A DNA stretch of 64,000 bases from an uncultured Verrucomicrobiota bacterium. Lineage in GTDB: Bacteria > Verrucomicrobiota > Kiritimatiellia > JAAZAB01. Below the pieces are notes generated by a model, which was not told the origin of the DNA, ran no database searches, and worked only from the letters and a program-made list of their open reading frames with translations. Below, in pieces: positions 29,811 through 40,194 of the stretch (the first letter of the stretch is position 1; each line of letters begins with the position of its first letter). A program made the translations under genes and the position numbers. The stretch covers positions 23,315-87,314 of the forward strand of contig CAZTWL010000006.1 of assembly GCA_964617825.1 (NCBI GenBank). The letters run 5' to 3'.

Positions 29811-30827
29811 ATGGCAAAGCCGGTAAGGATCGGAGTGATCGGTTTGGGTTGGCCCGGCAACGAGCATTTGAAAGGCTGCGCATCGATACCCAATGCGCAG
29901 GTGGTAGCGCTCTGCGATCTCAAGGCCGACCTGCTTGCCCGGAAGGCCTCCGAGTTTGGCATCAAGCGCACGTTTGCCAATTACAGGCAGATGCTCCGGC
30001 AGGCCGACATCGACGCCATCGACGTCTGTCTGCCCAACGACTTGCATGCGAGGGTAACGATCGAGGCCCTGCAGGCAGGCAAGCACGTGCTGTGCGAGAA
30101 GCCCCCGGCCCGCACTTCGCGCGAGGCCCAGAAGATGGCCGACCAGGCGAAGAAATCCGCCAAGACGCTCATGTATGCCGTGTGCCTGCGATTCTCGTCG
30201 TCGGCGCAATATGTCAAATCGCACATCGAGGCCGGTGACTTTGGCGATGTCTATTGGGGCCGGACGGTCTATCATCGCCGGCGCGGCATCCCGGCGGGCA
30301 GCGACGGGTGGTTTACCCTGAAGGCCCGCTCCGGCGGCGGCGCACTGATCGACATCGGCGTCCACGCGCTGGACTGTGCATGGTGGCTGATGGGTTGCCC
30401 TACGCCCGTTGCCGTGTCGGGCGCTGCCTACGCCAAGTTCGGCCATACCGCCCCTGCCGGCGTGAAGTGCGATGTGGAGGACTCGGCCTTCGCGATGATC
30501 AAGTTCGCCAACGGCGCGACGCTGATGCTGGAGGCAAGCTGGGCTCTGAACCAGCGCGGCGGAAGCATCCTGCAACTGGCCGGCACGAAGGGCGGCGTCG
30601 AAATGCACCCGCTGACGATCTTCACCGAGCGCAAGGGCATAATGGTCGACAGCACTCCGCAGATACCCAACAATAACATCTATGCCGACGAAATCCGGCA
30701 CTTCGTAGACTGCGTCCAGCGCCACCGCGAGCCGATTGCATCGGCCAAACAAGGTGTCTTTCTGATGAAGATGCTCGAGGCGATTTATACATCGCAAAAT
30801 TCCGGTAAGGAAGTCCGGATTAGTTAG
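29811..30827 (+). CDS. Gfo/Idh/MocA family oxidoreductase
   Basis: IGVIGLG Rossmann motif and HVLCEKP motif are present. The 338-aa length fits the family. Confidence 0.8.
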   Translation: MAKPVRIGVIGLGWPGNEHLKGCASIPNAQVVALCDLKADLLARKASEFGIKRTFANYRQMLRQADIDAIDVCLPNDLHARVTIEALQAGKHVLCEKPPARTSREAQKMADQAKKSAKTLMYAVCLRFSSSAQYVKSHIEAGDFGDVYWGRTVYHRRRGIPAGSDGWFTLKARSGGGALIDIGVHALDCAWWLMGCPTPVAVSGAAYAKFGHTAPAGVKCDVEDSAFAMIKFANGATLMLEASWALNQRGGSILQLAGTKGGVEMHPLTIFTERKGIMVDSTPQIPNNNIYADEIRHFVDCVQRHREPIASAKQGVFLMKMLEAIYTSQNSGKEVRIS

Positions 30828-31001
30828 AAATTGCGGCGCGCCGGAACCGCTCCGCAGCAATCATGCCGGCCTGAACCTCGTCGTCATCATTATGATGTCT
30901 CCAGAGCAAAGCAGACTGCGCATCAAAAGATGGCTCTGCTCTATGAAGGTAAAAGAGGATAGTGTGATATCTGGTCAAACAACAGAAAGCCAGGGGATAT
31001 C

Positions 31002-32999
31002 ATGAATGCATTTGAGCTGATCATTATCGGTGGAGTGTGTTTGGCCGTATTGTGGTTTTTAGCGCTCGGTCTGCGACTTATCGGTGACGATGAGGTCGGC
31101 ATCCTCACCAAGAAGATGTTCGGCAGGAAGATGCCGCAGGGCCAAATCGTGGCACGCAATGGCGAAATCGGTGTCCAGGCCGATATCTTGATGCCGGGCC
31201 TCTATTGGAGGATCCCGATCATCTGGAAGATCACCAAGCTGGAGGTTACTGAAATCCTGCCATCGGAGGTTGGTATTGTGGAGTCCATCGACGGTAAGTC
31301 CATTCCCCAGGGCCGGCTTCTCGGCGATGCGGTTGAGTGCAACCATTTCCAGGATGCAAAGATGTTTCTGGAAAACGGGGGACAAAAAGGGCCGCAGGTG
31401 AGCATTCTCCGGCCTGGTTTCTACCGGATCAACAAGTATGCGTTCAAAATTCTTAAAGCGCCGGTAACTGAGATCGCGGCCGAGAAGATCGGTGTCGTAA
31501 TCGCGAACGACGGGCTCCCGCTTCCATCCGGAAATATAGTGTCGCCCAGGCCGCTCGAGGTTCCGACTAAAGAGTATCCAAACGTCAAGAACAGCCAGTA
31601 TTTCCAGGATGGCCAGGCTTTCCTTAATAGTGCGGGGCACCGCGGCCCGCAGTTGGATACCTTGCAGCCTGGAAAATATTACATCAACCCGTTGCTTTTT
31701 GCGGTCGAGAAGTATGATGTCGCCGAAGTTCCGCCGGGCTATGTGGCGGTCCTGCGGTCCAATGTTGGTTTGGATCTTGAGAAAAAACAAGGTGCGCCGG
31801 GCCCGGCGGCTTCGGGCACACAGGATAAGCAGAGCCTCGAATTGGGCCAGCCGGTGCACGAAGAGGTGGAGTCGCTATTGATCCTCGATAAAAACATGCG
31901 GGGCATCTGGAAAGAGCCCATTGCACCCGGCACGTACAACCTCAACCCCCTGGCCTTCACGGCCTATCTGGTTCCCACGAGTGCGGTTACGATCGACTGG
32001 GCTTCGGGCGTCGACCAGCGGGCGCAGCACACGATTCCCAATGTCTCCAAGAAAAACGGCATCCGGACGAGCAATGAATCCTACGATGCAGTCGACAGCA
32101 ACAAGGCAACGGAGTTCTTTAAATTTTCCCAGCTGCGGGTGACATCCATGGACGGTTTTCAACTTGAGGTTGACGTGCGCATGATCATCCGCATCCGGCC
32201 GCAGAATGCGGCGTTCATCATCGCGCGTTTCGGCTCGGTCAAGAACCTTATCGAACAAATCGTGCATCCATTGATCGACTCGTCCTTCCGCAACAAGGCC
32301 GGCGAGGAGAAGGCGATCAATTTCATTATGAGCCGGACGGAGTTGCAGCGCTCGGCGCTGGAAAAGGCCCAGCAGCAATTCGAAGTTTACCACGTCGAGG
32401 CCCAGAACCTTCTGATTGCCTACATCAAAGTGGACCAGGCGCTGCTGGACACGCAGACCAAGCGGGAAATCGCCCTGCAACAGCAGGCCCAGTATCAACA
32501 GGAGGCGATGGCGCAGGAGAAGCGGATCGAGGTGCAGTCCAAGGCGGCCAATGCCGATAAGCAGCCCGAAGTTGTTGCGGCCATGCTTTCGATTCAGATC
32601 GAAGACAACAAGGCCGAAGCCAAGCGTCGGCTGGCCGGAGGCGATCGCGACTTGAATAAGATCACGGCCGACGGCGAGAAATATAAGATCCAGGCCCTGG
32701 CGGAAGCCGAGACCTACCGGCTCAAAACGGTGGCGGACGGCAAGGCCTATGATCAGCGCGAGATCGGCAAGGGCATTGCCGATGCCTACAAAGCGCAGGC
32801 CCAGGTCATCGGGCCCACCGCCACGGCCGCAATCAAGTTGATGGACGAGGTCGGGATTAACAAGGTGAAGATCACCCCCGATATTCTGATCTCCGCCGCG
32901 GGCGGCGACCAGGGCGCGTCGGCCCTGCTATCCACCTGGTTGGCTCAGACCGTAGCCAAAGGCCTTCAGAACGGCAAAAAAGGCGAACCTGCCGTATAA
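31002..32999 (+). CDS. flotillin-like SPFH/band-7 domain protein (YqiK family)
   Basis: It has an N-terminal TM helix, an SPFH domain, and a long Ala/Gln/Glu-rich coiled-coil flotillin region. Confidence 0.7.
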   Translation: MNAFELIIIGGVCLAVLWFLALGLRLIGDDEVGILTKKMFGRKMPQGQIVARNGEIGVQADILMPGLYWRIPIIWKITKLEVTEILPSEVGIVESIDGKSIPQGRLLGDAVECNHFQDAKMFLENGGQKGPQVSILRPGFYRINKYAFKILKAPVTEIAAEKIGVVIANDGLPLPSGNIVSPRPLEVPTKEYPNVKNSQYFQDGQAFLNSAGHRGPQLDTLQPGKYYINPLLFAVEKYDVAEVPPGYVAVLRSNVGLDLEKKQGAPGPAASGTQDKQSLELGQPVHEEVESLLILDKNMRGIWKEPIAPGTYNLNPLAFTAYLVPTSAVTIDWASGVDQRAQHTIPNVSKKNGIRTSNESYDAVDSNKATEFFKFSQLRVTSMDGFQLEVDVRMIIRIRPQNAAFIIARFGSVKNLIEQIVHPLIDSSFRNKAGEEKAINFIMSRTELQRSALEKAQQQFEVYHVEAQNLLIAYIKVDQALLDTQTKREIALQQQAQYQQEAMAQEKRIEVQSKAANADKQPEVVAAMLSIQIEDNKAEAKRRLAGGDRDLNKITADGEKYKIQALAEAETYRLKTVADGKAYDQREIGKGIADAYKAQAQVIGPTATAAIKLMDEVGINKVKITPDILISAAGGDQGASALLSTWLAQTVAKGLQNGKKGEPAV

Positions 33000-33015
33000 T
33001 AAAAAAGGAAGGAAA

Positions 33016-33600
33016 ATGACAAAGCGATTGGCATCTGCTGCCGTGGGGCTGGCATTTGTATCTCTCGTGTGTTCAGCATCGGCGGGCTTGGCGGCGAATT
33101 CGAAGAACGACGTCAAAAACAGCGACGCTGCGGCCGCATTCCAGCCGAAAATCATCCAAGTCAAGGACGGTGTCAAATTCTTTCAAGATGGCGATTCCAT
33201 TGCCATTAACGAAGTCAGAGCGACATCACCCGAGCCGAAAACCGGTGACAAAGTGATTGTGACGGGGAGCTATGTTCTTTCGAGCCGTCTGGAAGCAAAG
33301 CTTTCTCTTTTTGTGACCGACGCAACAGGTTCCGGCAAAAGCAATATTCTGCCCGAACAGATCTTTCGCATCTCAAAAGGGCAGGGAACTTTTGAGCTTT
33401 CCACCACGCTGGAATACGAGGGCTATCTGCACGTTACCTTCTACTCCGTTCCTGATGGAAAGCCATTTGGTGGATCGTATTTCGGCACAGCCAAACAGAT
33501 GGAAGAAATTCAGCTCTGGGACTTAAAAAGTTGGTACACAGCAAATTTGGGAACATGTGGTGCAGACCAGGAATCGAAGACTTTGGGAAAGCCGGAGTAA
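33016..33600 (+). CDS. hypothetical secreted protein
   Basis: Signal peptide (MTKRLASAAVGLAFVSLVCSASA). No recognisable domain. Confidence 0.45.
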   Translation: MTKRLASAAVGLAFVSLVCSASAGLAANSKNDVKNSDAAAAFQPKIIQVKDGVKFFQDGDSIAINEVRATSPEPKTGDKVIVTGSYVLSSRLEAKLSLFVTDATGSGKSNILPEQIFRISKGQGTFELSTTLEYEGYLHVTFYSVPDGKPFGGSYFGTAKQMEEIQLWDLKSWYTANLGTCGADQESKTLGKPE

Positions 33601-33704
33601 CTTGATCTTAAATGCATGAGAGTAAAAGAGGGAAAATGGCATCAGTTAAAACATATTCCCAATATTTTTGCGCATGGTCAGGACGTTGGTCAATAACGAG
33701 TAAT

Positions 33705-34382
33705 ATGAAAACAATCAACCTTGGATTGTGCTGCCTGTTGCTTGTCTGCGGCATGGGATGCCGGACCGCCGCGCCTATCCGCCCCGCACCCGACAAAGCC
33801 TATGCAATCCGCGCGGTTTTCATTAATGCACCGTCAACCTTGCTCGAGGAACTGGGTTTGGCATGGATGCGCGACTCCTCGAAAGCGGCCTCGACCGTAG
33901 AATACGAGGAGGCGCTTGAAAAGCTCGGCGCCTCCCGTAAAGCGCGCACCACCGAGTTCCCCGTGGTGTATATTGACCCGGGGGAACATGCCAAAATCGA
34001 TAATCAAAGCCCGGTCAAATATCCGACGGCGTATACTGTGGACGGCAAACCGGCGAATTACATGACGCGCGGAGTCGGCCGCCTGATAGAGATCGACTTG
34101 AAGACGGTGACCAACGGTATCGCCCAGCTGGCCTGTCACATAGAGGATGTTGATGAGCCGGTCTGGACCTCCTATACCTACAAAATAGGCACATCCTCGC
34201 GTAAGCTTAAGTTGCCGAGTTTCCGGGTCCGTTCCCTGACTTCCGATTTGTCCCTGCCGCTGAATGGCTGGAAGATTGTGGGCGGCATCGCGACAACCTC
34301 GAAGGATGGCGAGAAGCGCAATCTGATCACCTGCATCCAGATGCAGGCAACCGCGAAAGTCCCGCCGGCGGCGGCCCATTAG
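33705..34382 (+). CDS. hypothetical secreted/lipoprotein
   Basis: Internal start MKTINLGLCCLLLVCGMGC (signal peptide). The six-frame ORF begins at 33612. Confidence 0.4.
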   Translation: MKTINLGLCCLLLVCGMGCRTAAPIRPAPDKAYAIRAVFINAPSTLLEELGLAWMRDSSKAASTVEYEEALEKLGASRKARTTEFPVVYIDPGEHAKIDNQSPVKYPTAYTVDGKPANYMTRGVGRLIEIDLKTVTNGIAQLACHIEDVDEPVWTSYTYKIGTSSRKLKLPSFRVRSLTSDLSLPLNGWKIVGGIATTSKDGEKRNLITCIQMQATAKVPPAAAH

Positions 34383-34521
34383 CCGGCAACTTGCCAATGC
34401 GAACGGCCCTTTTCACGATGCGCCGCAAGCCGGGTTGATTGACGGATACAGGCGGCTTTGCTTGCGGAGCGCTAGCGTGGCCGTCGCTTTTTTTAACCTA
34501 TAATTAAAAGGGAACCTGCGC

Positions 34522-35721
34522 ATGAAAAGCCATCGTTTCGCAGTTCAAGCTGCCGCCCTCCTGACGGCCACCGGCGTTGCCGGGGCATCACCCAGCGATA
34601 AGGTCGTTGACTCCATGGCCCTTGCTCTCGGCGCCATGAAGGCCAACTGGCAGCCGCGGGAAGCTGCCGCCTTCTCCGCTGCCGAACGCTTCATGCGCGG
34701 CGGCACACTCTGGGTGGCGGGCTCGATCCCGCGGTTCGACGCCGAATGGAGCGGCCGCGCCGGCGGCATCATGCCGGTCTCCGCGCTGAAATCGCCAGAC
34801 AGCCTGCGCGCCGGCGATGTGCTTGTCTATGGTTGTCTGGCGAGTTCCGCCGTGCCCGACGCGGCGCTTCTGGCCAAGGCGCGCGAGCGCAAGGCCCTGG
34901 TGATTGCATTCGGATCGGCGGCGCAGGCCGCCGGGTTGTGCCCGGCGTCGGTCGACCATTTCCTGGCAGTCGATATCCCCGCCGGAACGCCGCTGGCGGA
35001 GCCGGTCGCCGCCTCGGCTTGCCTGGCGCAGCTCTGGGCCTTCTCGGCCGACCTGGTCGGAGCTTGCACGCGCGCCGGCAAGATGCCGGCCATGTGGCAG
35101 AGCGTCATGGTCCCCGGCGCTCGCGAACGCAATGCGCGTTACCGCACTTTGCGGTTCCACGAAGATTGCGCCGTACCGCCCCAGGGGCCGGGCGCGCTGG
35201 GAAACCGTTATCTTGATGCGCTGACGCAGGCCGTGGGCGAACTCCGCAAAGAGACCGGGAAACTCCAGGCCGCCGGCCAAGTCATCCGCGAAGCGACTGG
35301 CGCGGGTCGCAAGATCTTCCATGCCAATTGCGGTCATTATGAACCGGCGCGTCTGCTGTCCCCGGCGTTTCCCATACCGCTTATAGTGCTTGGGGCCAAG
35401 GCGCCCGAGGCCGAACTGCGCGAGAAGGCCGTGGCCGGCGATGCGCTCCTCTGCATCTGGTACACGGAGTTGCCCTCCGCTTTGCTCGCTACGGCTAGGG
35501 AAAAGGGCGTCGCCTCGATCTGCTGCGCGGCCGGCAATCCGCCGCAACCGCATGCCCTGCGCCTGGTCGATGTCTTTGTGGATCCGCATTGGGTCTTTGG
35601 CGATGCGGTGGTGGATCTGCCCGGCTACGATATCCGCATCCTGCCACCTTCCGGGGTGCTCAATTCTCTCATTTTTAACGCAGTGCTCGCTGAAGCTCAG
35701 GCCAAGCCGGCCGCCCCCTGA
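34522..35721 (+). CDS. hypothetical protein with N-terminal signal peptide
   Basis: 399-aa ORF, Ala-rich. No confident domain. Confidence 0.4.
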   Translation: MKSHRFAVQAAALLTATGVAGASPSDKVVDSMALALGAMKANWQPREAAAFSAAERFMRGGTLWVAGSIPRFDAEWSGRAGGIMPVSALKSPDSLRAGDVLVYGCLASSAVPDAALLAKARERKALVIAFGSAAQAAGLCPASVDHFLAVDIPAGTPLAEPVAASACLAQLWAFSADLVGACTRAGKMPAMWQSVMVPGARERNARYRTLRFHEDCAVPPQGPGALGNRYLDALTQAVGELRKETGKLQAAGQVIREATGAGRKIFHANCGHYEPARLLSPAFPIPLIVLGAKAPEAELREKAVAGDALLCIWYTELPSALLATAREKGVASICCAAGNPPQPHALRLVDVFVDPHWVFGDAVVDLPGYDIRILPPSGVLNSLIFNAVLAEAQAKPAAP

Positions 35722-35741
35722 TCGTGCCGGCGCCTGTTTGA

Positions 35742-36965
35742 CTAGGGATGCTGCGGCGCCGGGGTGCCTGTTGTCCGGGGTCGCTGGCGAACCAGGAGCA
35801 GGCCGGCCGCGGCGAGGGCGGCGAAGGCCGCGCCGACGAGGAAGGTGGCGGATGGTCCGATGACGGTCCAAAGCGCGCCGGCAATCGCGCTGGCCAGCAG
35901 GAGCGCGACCCCGCTCACCAGGTTGAATACGCCGAAGGCGGTTCCGCGCAATTCGTCCGGCGCAGCGCCCGCAACCAGCTTGGCAAGCAGCCCCTGGGTG
36001 AATGCCATGTGCAAGCCCCAGAGTCCCGCGCCGGCGAACGTCAGCAGGGGCGAGCGGGCGGCGGCCAGCAGCGCATCGGCGGCAATCAGCATCATGAGCC
36101 CCGCGACCAGCAGTGTCCGCGGCGGCAGGCGATCGGCAGCCGCGCCCGCCGGGTAGGCGCAAGCCGCATAGACCACGTTCATCACGATCATGATCAAGGG
36201 GACGAAGCCGATGGCCAGGCCGACATTTTGAGCGCGCAGGATCAGGAATGCCTCGCTGAAGCGGGCGAGGGTGAAGACCGCGCCGAGGGCCACGATAAGC
36301 CAGTAGCGGCCTGACAGGCGCCGGGCGTCGGCGAAGGCCAGGGGCTTGTGCGTCCCGGCGGATGGCGCGTCATCGGGCTCGCGCACGCCGAAGACGATCA
36401 GGGCGACACAGATGAACGCGGGTATGACCGCAATCCACAGCACCGTCCGGATATTGTTTGCCAGCAGGGCCATGAACACCACGGCGAGCAGCGGACCGGC
36501 GAATGCGCCGATCGAGTCGAGCGCCTGTCGCAGGCCATAGGCCGCGCCGCGCATTTCCGGCGGCACGATGTCGGCTACCAGCGCATCGCGCGGCGCGCCG
36601 CGGATGCCCTTGCCGATGCGATCGATGAACCGCGCGGCAAACACCCAGCCGATGGATGACGCCAGCGGAAAGACAGGCTTGGTGAGGGCGGCAAGCCCGT
36701 AGCCCAGAAGAATGAGGCCCTTGCGCTTGCGGAAAAAGTCGCTGATCGCTCCGGAAAAAGCCTTGCTGATCGCGGCGGCGGCTTCGGCAATGCCTTCGAT
36801 CAAGCCGATCGTGACCACGGATGCGCCCAGGATGCTCGCCATCATGATCGGCAGGAGACTGTGGACCAGCTCCGAGGACATGTCCATGAAAAGCGACACG
36901 AAACCAAGCGCCCAGACGCCGCCCGGCAGCGCCCTGCGGCGGATGACAGAAGGTGGTTGTTTCAT
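35742..36965 (-). CDS. MFS transporter
   Basis: Twelve TM-like hydrophobic segments. A GxxxDRxGKG-like MFS motif (FIDRIGKGIRG) is present. Confidence 0.8.
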   Translation of the reverse strand: MKQPPSVIRRRALPGGVWALGFVSLFMDMSSELVHSLLPIMMASILGASVVTIGLIEGIAEAAAAISKAFSGAISDFFRKRKGLILLGYGLAALTKPVFPLASSIGWVFAARFIDRIGKGIRGAPRDALVADIVPPEMRGAAYGLRQALDSIGAFAGPLLAVVFMALLANNIRTVLWIAVIPAFICVALIVFGVREPDDAPSAGTHKPLAFADARRLSGRYWLIVALGAVFTLARFSEAFLILRAQNVGLAIGFVPLIMIVMNVVYAACAYPAGAAADRLPPRTLLVAGLMMLIAADALLAAARSPLLTFAGAGLWGLHMAFTQGLLAKLVAGAAPDELRGTAFGVFNLVSGVALLLASAIAGALWTVIGPSATFLVGAAFAALAAAGLLLVRQRPRTTGTPAPQHP

Positions 36966-37074
36966 GGCGGTAATCTATCGGAAAGCACCGGGATCGGCAA
37001 GGCCGGACGCCATATTGAGAAACACCTGCCGGCCGAGCGATGAAGTTTCACGGTTAGCAACAACCAAGGGGAAT

Positions 37075-37270
37075 CACTGGCGTCCCATAGGGCCGCCGAG
37101 GGCTGAAGGCTGTAGGCTGTAGTTCGTAGGTTGGAACAGGCAAAATGCAGATACACAAAACCGGAACTATGGTTTTTGCATCTGGCTGATTATTGCTCGT
37201 TTTTCGCCGGTTTTCCTACAGTCCACGGTCCACAGTCTATGGTCTGAGCATCCTGCGGGATGCTAATGAA
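37075..37270. repeat. MITE-like intergenic repeat, family B
   Basis: CACTGGCGTCCCATAGGGCCGCCGAGGGCTGAAGGCTGTAGG...GAGCATCCTGCGGGATGCTAATGAA. Confidence 0.8.
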
Positions 37271-37376
37271 AGGGGATCGTTTTTAACAAGCCGATCGGGG
37301 CATTTCGGATTGGTCTTGACAAAATATGCTCTGTATATCATTATGACTACAGTTTCACAATAAGAAATCTATCCAA

Positions 37377-38174
37377 ATGATTAAAGTGCTTAAAAAGGTG
37401 GACGCCATCTTGGGGTTTGTGGCTGCCAACAAGGACAAGGCGACGCTTGTGGAGCTGAGTCGCCAGCTTAAAATCCACAAGGCGACTTTGTCGCATATCC
37501 TGCAGACCCTGAGCGCGCTTGGCTATATCGATAAGAACATTGCCAAATGCTATTCGATCGGCCCCAGGGTAGTCGATCTGGCGGAGCCTTATCGGCGGCA
37601 GACGGTCCTCCAGGAAGTTGCCGCCGAGTATGCCCGCGCTTTGGCCGGCGAGCTGCGCGAATCGATCTCGGTCAGCATCCTGCATGACGGCGTTCGCTAC
37701 CGGATTGCCCGCGCCTCCGTCAACCGGAGCATTACCGTGGAATCACCCGAGGAAGCGCGCGGCTCGCTGTACGATGCCGCCACCGGGCGCCTGTTGATGG
37801 CGTATCTGGATCGGGATGCTCTGCGCCTGGCGCTGGAAAAGAACGGGTTTCCCGGCAAGCGCTGGAACGGGATGGAGCGCAGCGAAGCGCTGAACAAACA
37901 GCTGGCCGGGATCCGCCGCCTGGGATTGGCGTTCTGGCGTGCCGACGACGGACAGGTTGAAGCGGTGGCCGCGCCGGTTTTCGGTCCGGACAAAAAAGTC
38001 TGGGCGGCGATTGGCGTGGGCGTGCCGGCTTTCCGTTTCCGCGCGGCGGAACGCCGCAGGATCATCGGCGCCTTGAAGGCTGCCTGTGAACAGATGAGCT
38101 TTAATCTGACCCTGCGTTGCAGCGCGGCCGGTGGCGGCAAACCAAACAATGGAAAGGATGATGCCGATGAGTGA
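37377..38174 (+). CDS. IclR-family transcriptional regulator
   Basis: N-terminal wHTH and C-terminal IclR effector domain pattern. The 265-aa length fits the family. Confidence 0.75.
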   Translation: MIKVLKKVDAILGFVAANKDKATLVELSRQLKIHKATLSHILQTLSALGYIDKNIAKCYSIGPRVVDLAEPYRRQTVLQEVAAEYARALAGELRESISVSILHDGVRYRIARASVNRSITVESPEEARGSLYDAATGRLLMAYLDRDALRLALEKNGFPGKRWNGMERSEALNKQLAGIRRLGLAFWRADDGQVEAVAAPVFGPDKKVWAAIGVGVPAFRFRAAERRRIIGALKAACEQMSFNLTLRCSAAGGGKPNNGKDDADE

Positions 38175-38925
38175 ACTTATCAAAGAGTACACCGCTCGAA
38201 TTAACGGTCTTATCGCAACCATCGCGGAGCAGGAAAGTCAAAACATGCTGCTGGCGGCGGAATTGTTGTCCGACAAGGTGCTCGAAGGCCGCCTGATCAA
38301 TATTTTTGGCGCCGGCGGCCATTCCGCCATTGCCGCGATGGAAATCTTCTGGCGTGCCGGCGGCCTGGCCCAGGTTAACGCCATGTTCCCGTCTGGAACC
38401 AATATCGTTTCGGCCTGTCCGACCACGGCTAAGATTACCGGGTTGGCGCCGTACATCCTTAACTTTTACGATGTGAACAAGGACGATGTGCTGATCCTGG
38501 TAAACTTTTACGGGCTGAATATTATTTCGGTTGACGTTGCCCTGGAAGCGAAAGCGCGCGGCGTCAAGCTGATCACGGTCAATGCCCACCAATTTGCCCG
38601 GCAGGTTCCGGCCGATTTCGTCTGGCGGCACCCGAGCAAGAAAAATATAAACGACTGCGCCGATATCGCCATCGACAATCATGTTCCTTATCCCGATGCG
38701 TTGCTCGAAGTCGACGGCATCGAGGAACGGATTGCGCCCTCGGCCACGACGTTGACCTGTTTTGCGCTTAACTGCGTCATGGCCGAAACCATTCGCCTGA
38801 TCAAGGAGAAAGGCGGCAAGCCGGAGATCTGGGTCAGCAACAACATTCCCGGTTGCGATGAGCACAACAAACCGATTCATGACAAATATCGCCATCGGAT
38901 CCATCACCTGTATCCGGTCTGGTAA
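38167..38925 (+). CDS. SIS (sugar isomerase)-domain protein (SIS_2/UPF0309-like)
   Basis: Likely start MSELIKEY. It is a Rossmann-like protein with a GAGGHSA motif. The ORF extends to 38131. Confidence 0.5.
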   Translation: MSELIKEYTARINGLIATIAEQESQNMLLAAELLSDKVLEGRLINIFGAGGHSAIAAMEIFWRAGGLAQVNAMFPSGTNIVSACPTTAKITGLAPYILNFYDVNKDDVLILVNFYGLNIISVDVALEAKARGVKLITVNAHQFARQVPADFVWRHPSKKNINDCADIAIDNHVPYPDALLEVDGIEERIAPSATTLTCFALNCVMAETIRLIKEKGGKPEIWVSNNIPGCDEHNKPIHDKYRHRIHHLYPVW

Positions 38926-38940
38926 GCCATTAAAAGGAAG

Positions 38941-39128
38941 CATTAGCATCCCCCAGGATGCTCAGAACGTAGGCGATGGACCGTGGACTGTAGGAAAACG
39001 GGCAAGAAACGAGCAATGATCAGCCAGATGTAAAAACCATAGTTCCGGTTTTGTGTATTTGCATTTTGCCTGTTCGAACCTACGGACGACAGTCTTCAAC
39101 CCTCGGCGGCCCTATGGGACGCCAATGA
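38941..39128. repeat. MITE-like intergenic repeat, family B (reverse orientation)
   Basis: CATTAGCATCCCCCAGGATGCTCAGAACGTAGG...GGCGGCCCTATGGGACGCCAATGAA. It is inverted relative to 37075-37270, so the two copies flank the iclR and SIS genes. Confidence 0.8.
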
Positions 39129-39141
39129 AAAGGAAGCGAAT

Positions 39142-40164
39142 ATGCAATCGAACATAATCCTGGCGGCCTTGGTGATCCTGGCGGGTGTGCCGGCCCTGCA
39201 AGCGGAAGAAACGAAACTCGTTGACGGCTGGCCGCCGGAAGTGAGAGTGGTCCGCTTTCTTTCGCCGGCCGATAATACCATGCAACCCGCTTTGTTCTAC
39301 AATCCGGCAAAACCGGAGCCGGTTCCGCTCCTTGTCGCATTGCATCCCTGGTCGGCCAACTATTTGCGGAAAGAACCGGACTATGCTGTCTGGTGCATCA
39401 AGAAAGGGTGGGCCATGATCCACCCCGATTTTCGCGGTCGGTTCAACCGGCCCGAAGCCACCGGGTCGGAATCGGTCGTGCAGGATATCCTCGCTGCGGT
39501 CGAGTATGCCCGCAAACAGGCGCAGATCGATTCAGACCGCATTTATCTTGTCGGTGTTTCGGGCGGAGGGTACATATCGCTGCTGATGGCCGGGCGCCAT
39601 CCTGAAATCTGGGCGGGCGTTTCCGCCTGGGTGCCGATTTATGACCTTAAAGACTGGCACGCGGAATGCGCCACGCGCAAAGCGCATTATGCCAGGCAGC
39701 TTGAAAAGTCCTGCGGCGGAGCGCCCGGGACAAGCGCCGAGGTGGATCGGCAATACCGGGTCCGCTCCGCCTCCACGTATTTGACAAATGCCGCCGCCAT
39801 TTCCCTTGATATCAACGCGGGCATTCGTGACGGCAGCGTGCCGGTCAGTCAGTCCCTGAAGGCCTTCAACGCCTTGGCGAAGCCGGAGGATCGCATATCG
39901 GCCGATGACATCGGATTCATTGCGGACAAGGCCGAAATCCCCGGAAAATTTCCGGCGTCTGTTCCCGACAGCCTCTACGGCCGGCGTTCCGTCCTCTTGC
40001 GCCGGATATCTAACAATGCCCGGGTAACCATTTTCAACGGCGAGCACGAGATCATACCCGCGGCCGGGCTCGCCTGGCTGGAAAAACAAAGGAAAAATTC
40101 TGCGCCCGTATGGGATGTGAATTCTTCCGCGAACCGAACAGGAACGGGCAATCCTCAAAATTAG
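39142..40164 (+). CDS. secreted alpha/beta-hydrolase (S9 peptidase / esterase-like)
   Basis: Signal peptide. A GVSGGG nucleophile elbow is present. Confidence 0.6.
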   Translation: MQSNIILAALVILAGVPALQAEETKLVDGWPPEVRVVRFLSPADNTMQPALFYNPAKPEPVPLLVALHPWSANYLRKEPDYAVWCIKKGWAMIHPDFRGRFNRPEATGSESVVQDILAAVEYARKQAQIDSDRIYLVGVSGGGYISLLMAGRHPEIWAGVSAWVPIYDLKDWHAECATRKAHYARQLEKSCGGAPGTSAEVDRQYRVRSASTYLTNAAAISLDINAGIRDGSVPVSQSLKAFNALAKPEDRISADDIGFIADKAEIPGKFPASVPDSLYGRRSVLLRRISNNARVTIFNGEHEIIPAAGLAWLEKQRKNSAPVWDVNSSANRTGTGNPQN

Positions 40165-40194
40165 CGGGCGCTGAATCGTCACAGGAGCTGTTTC

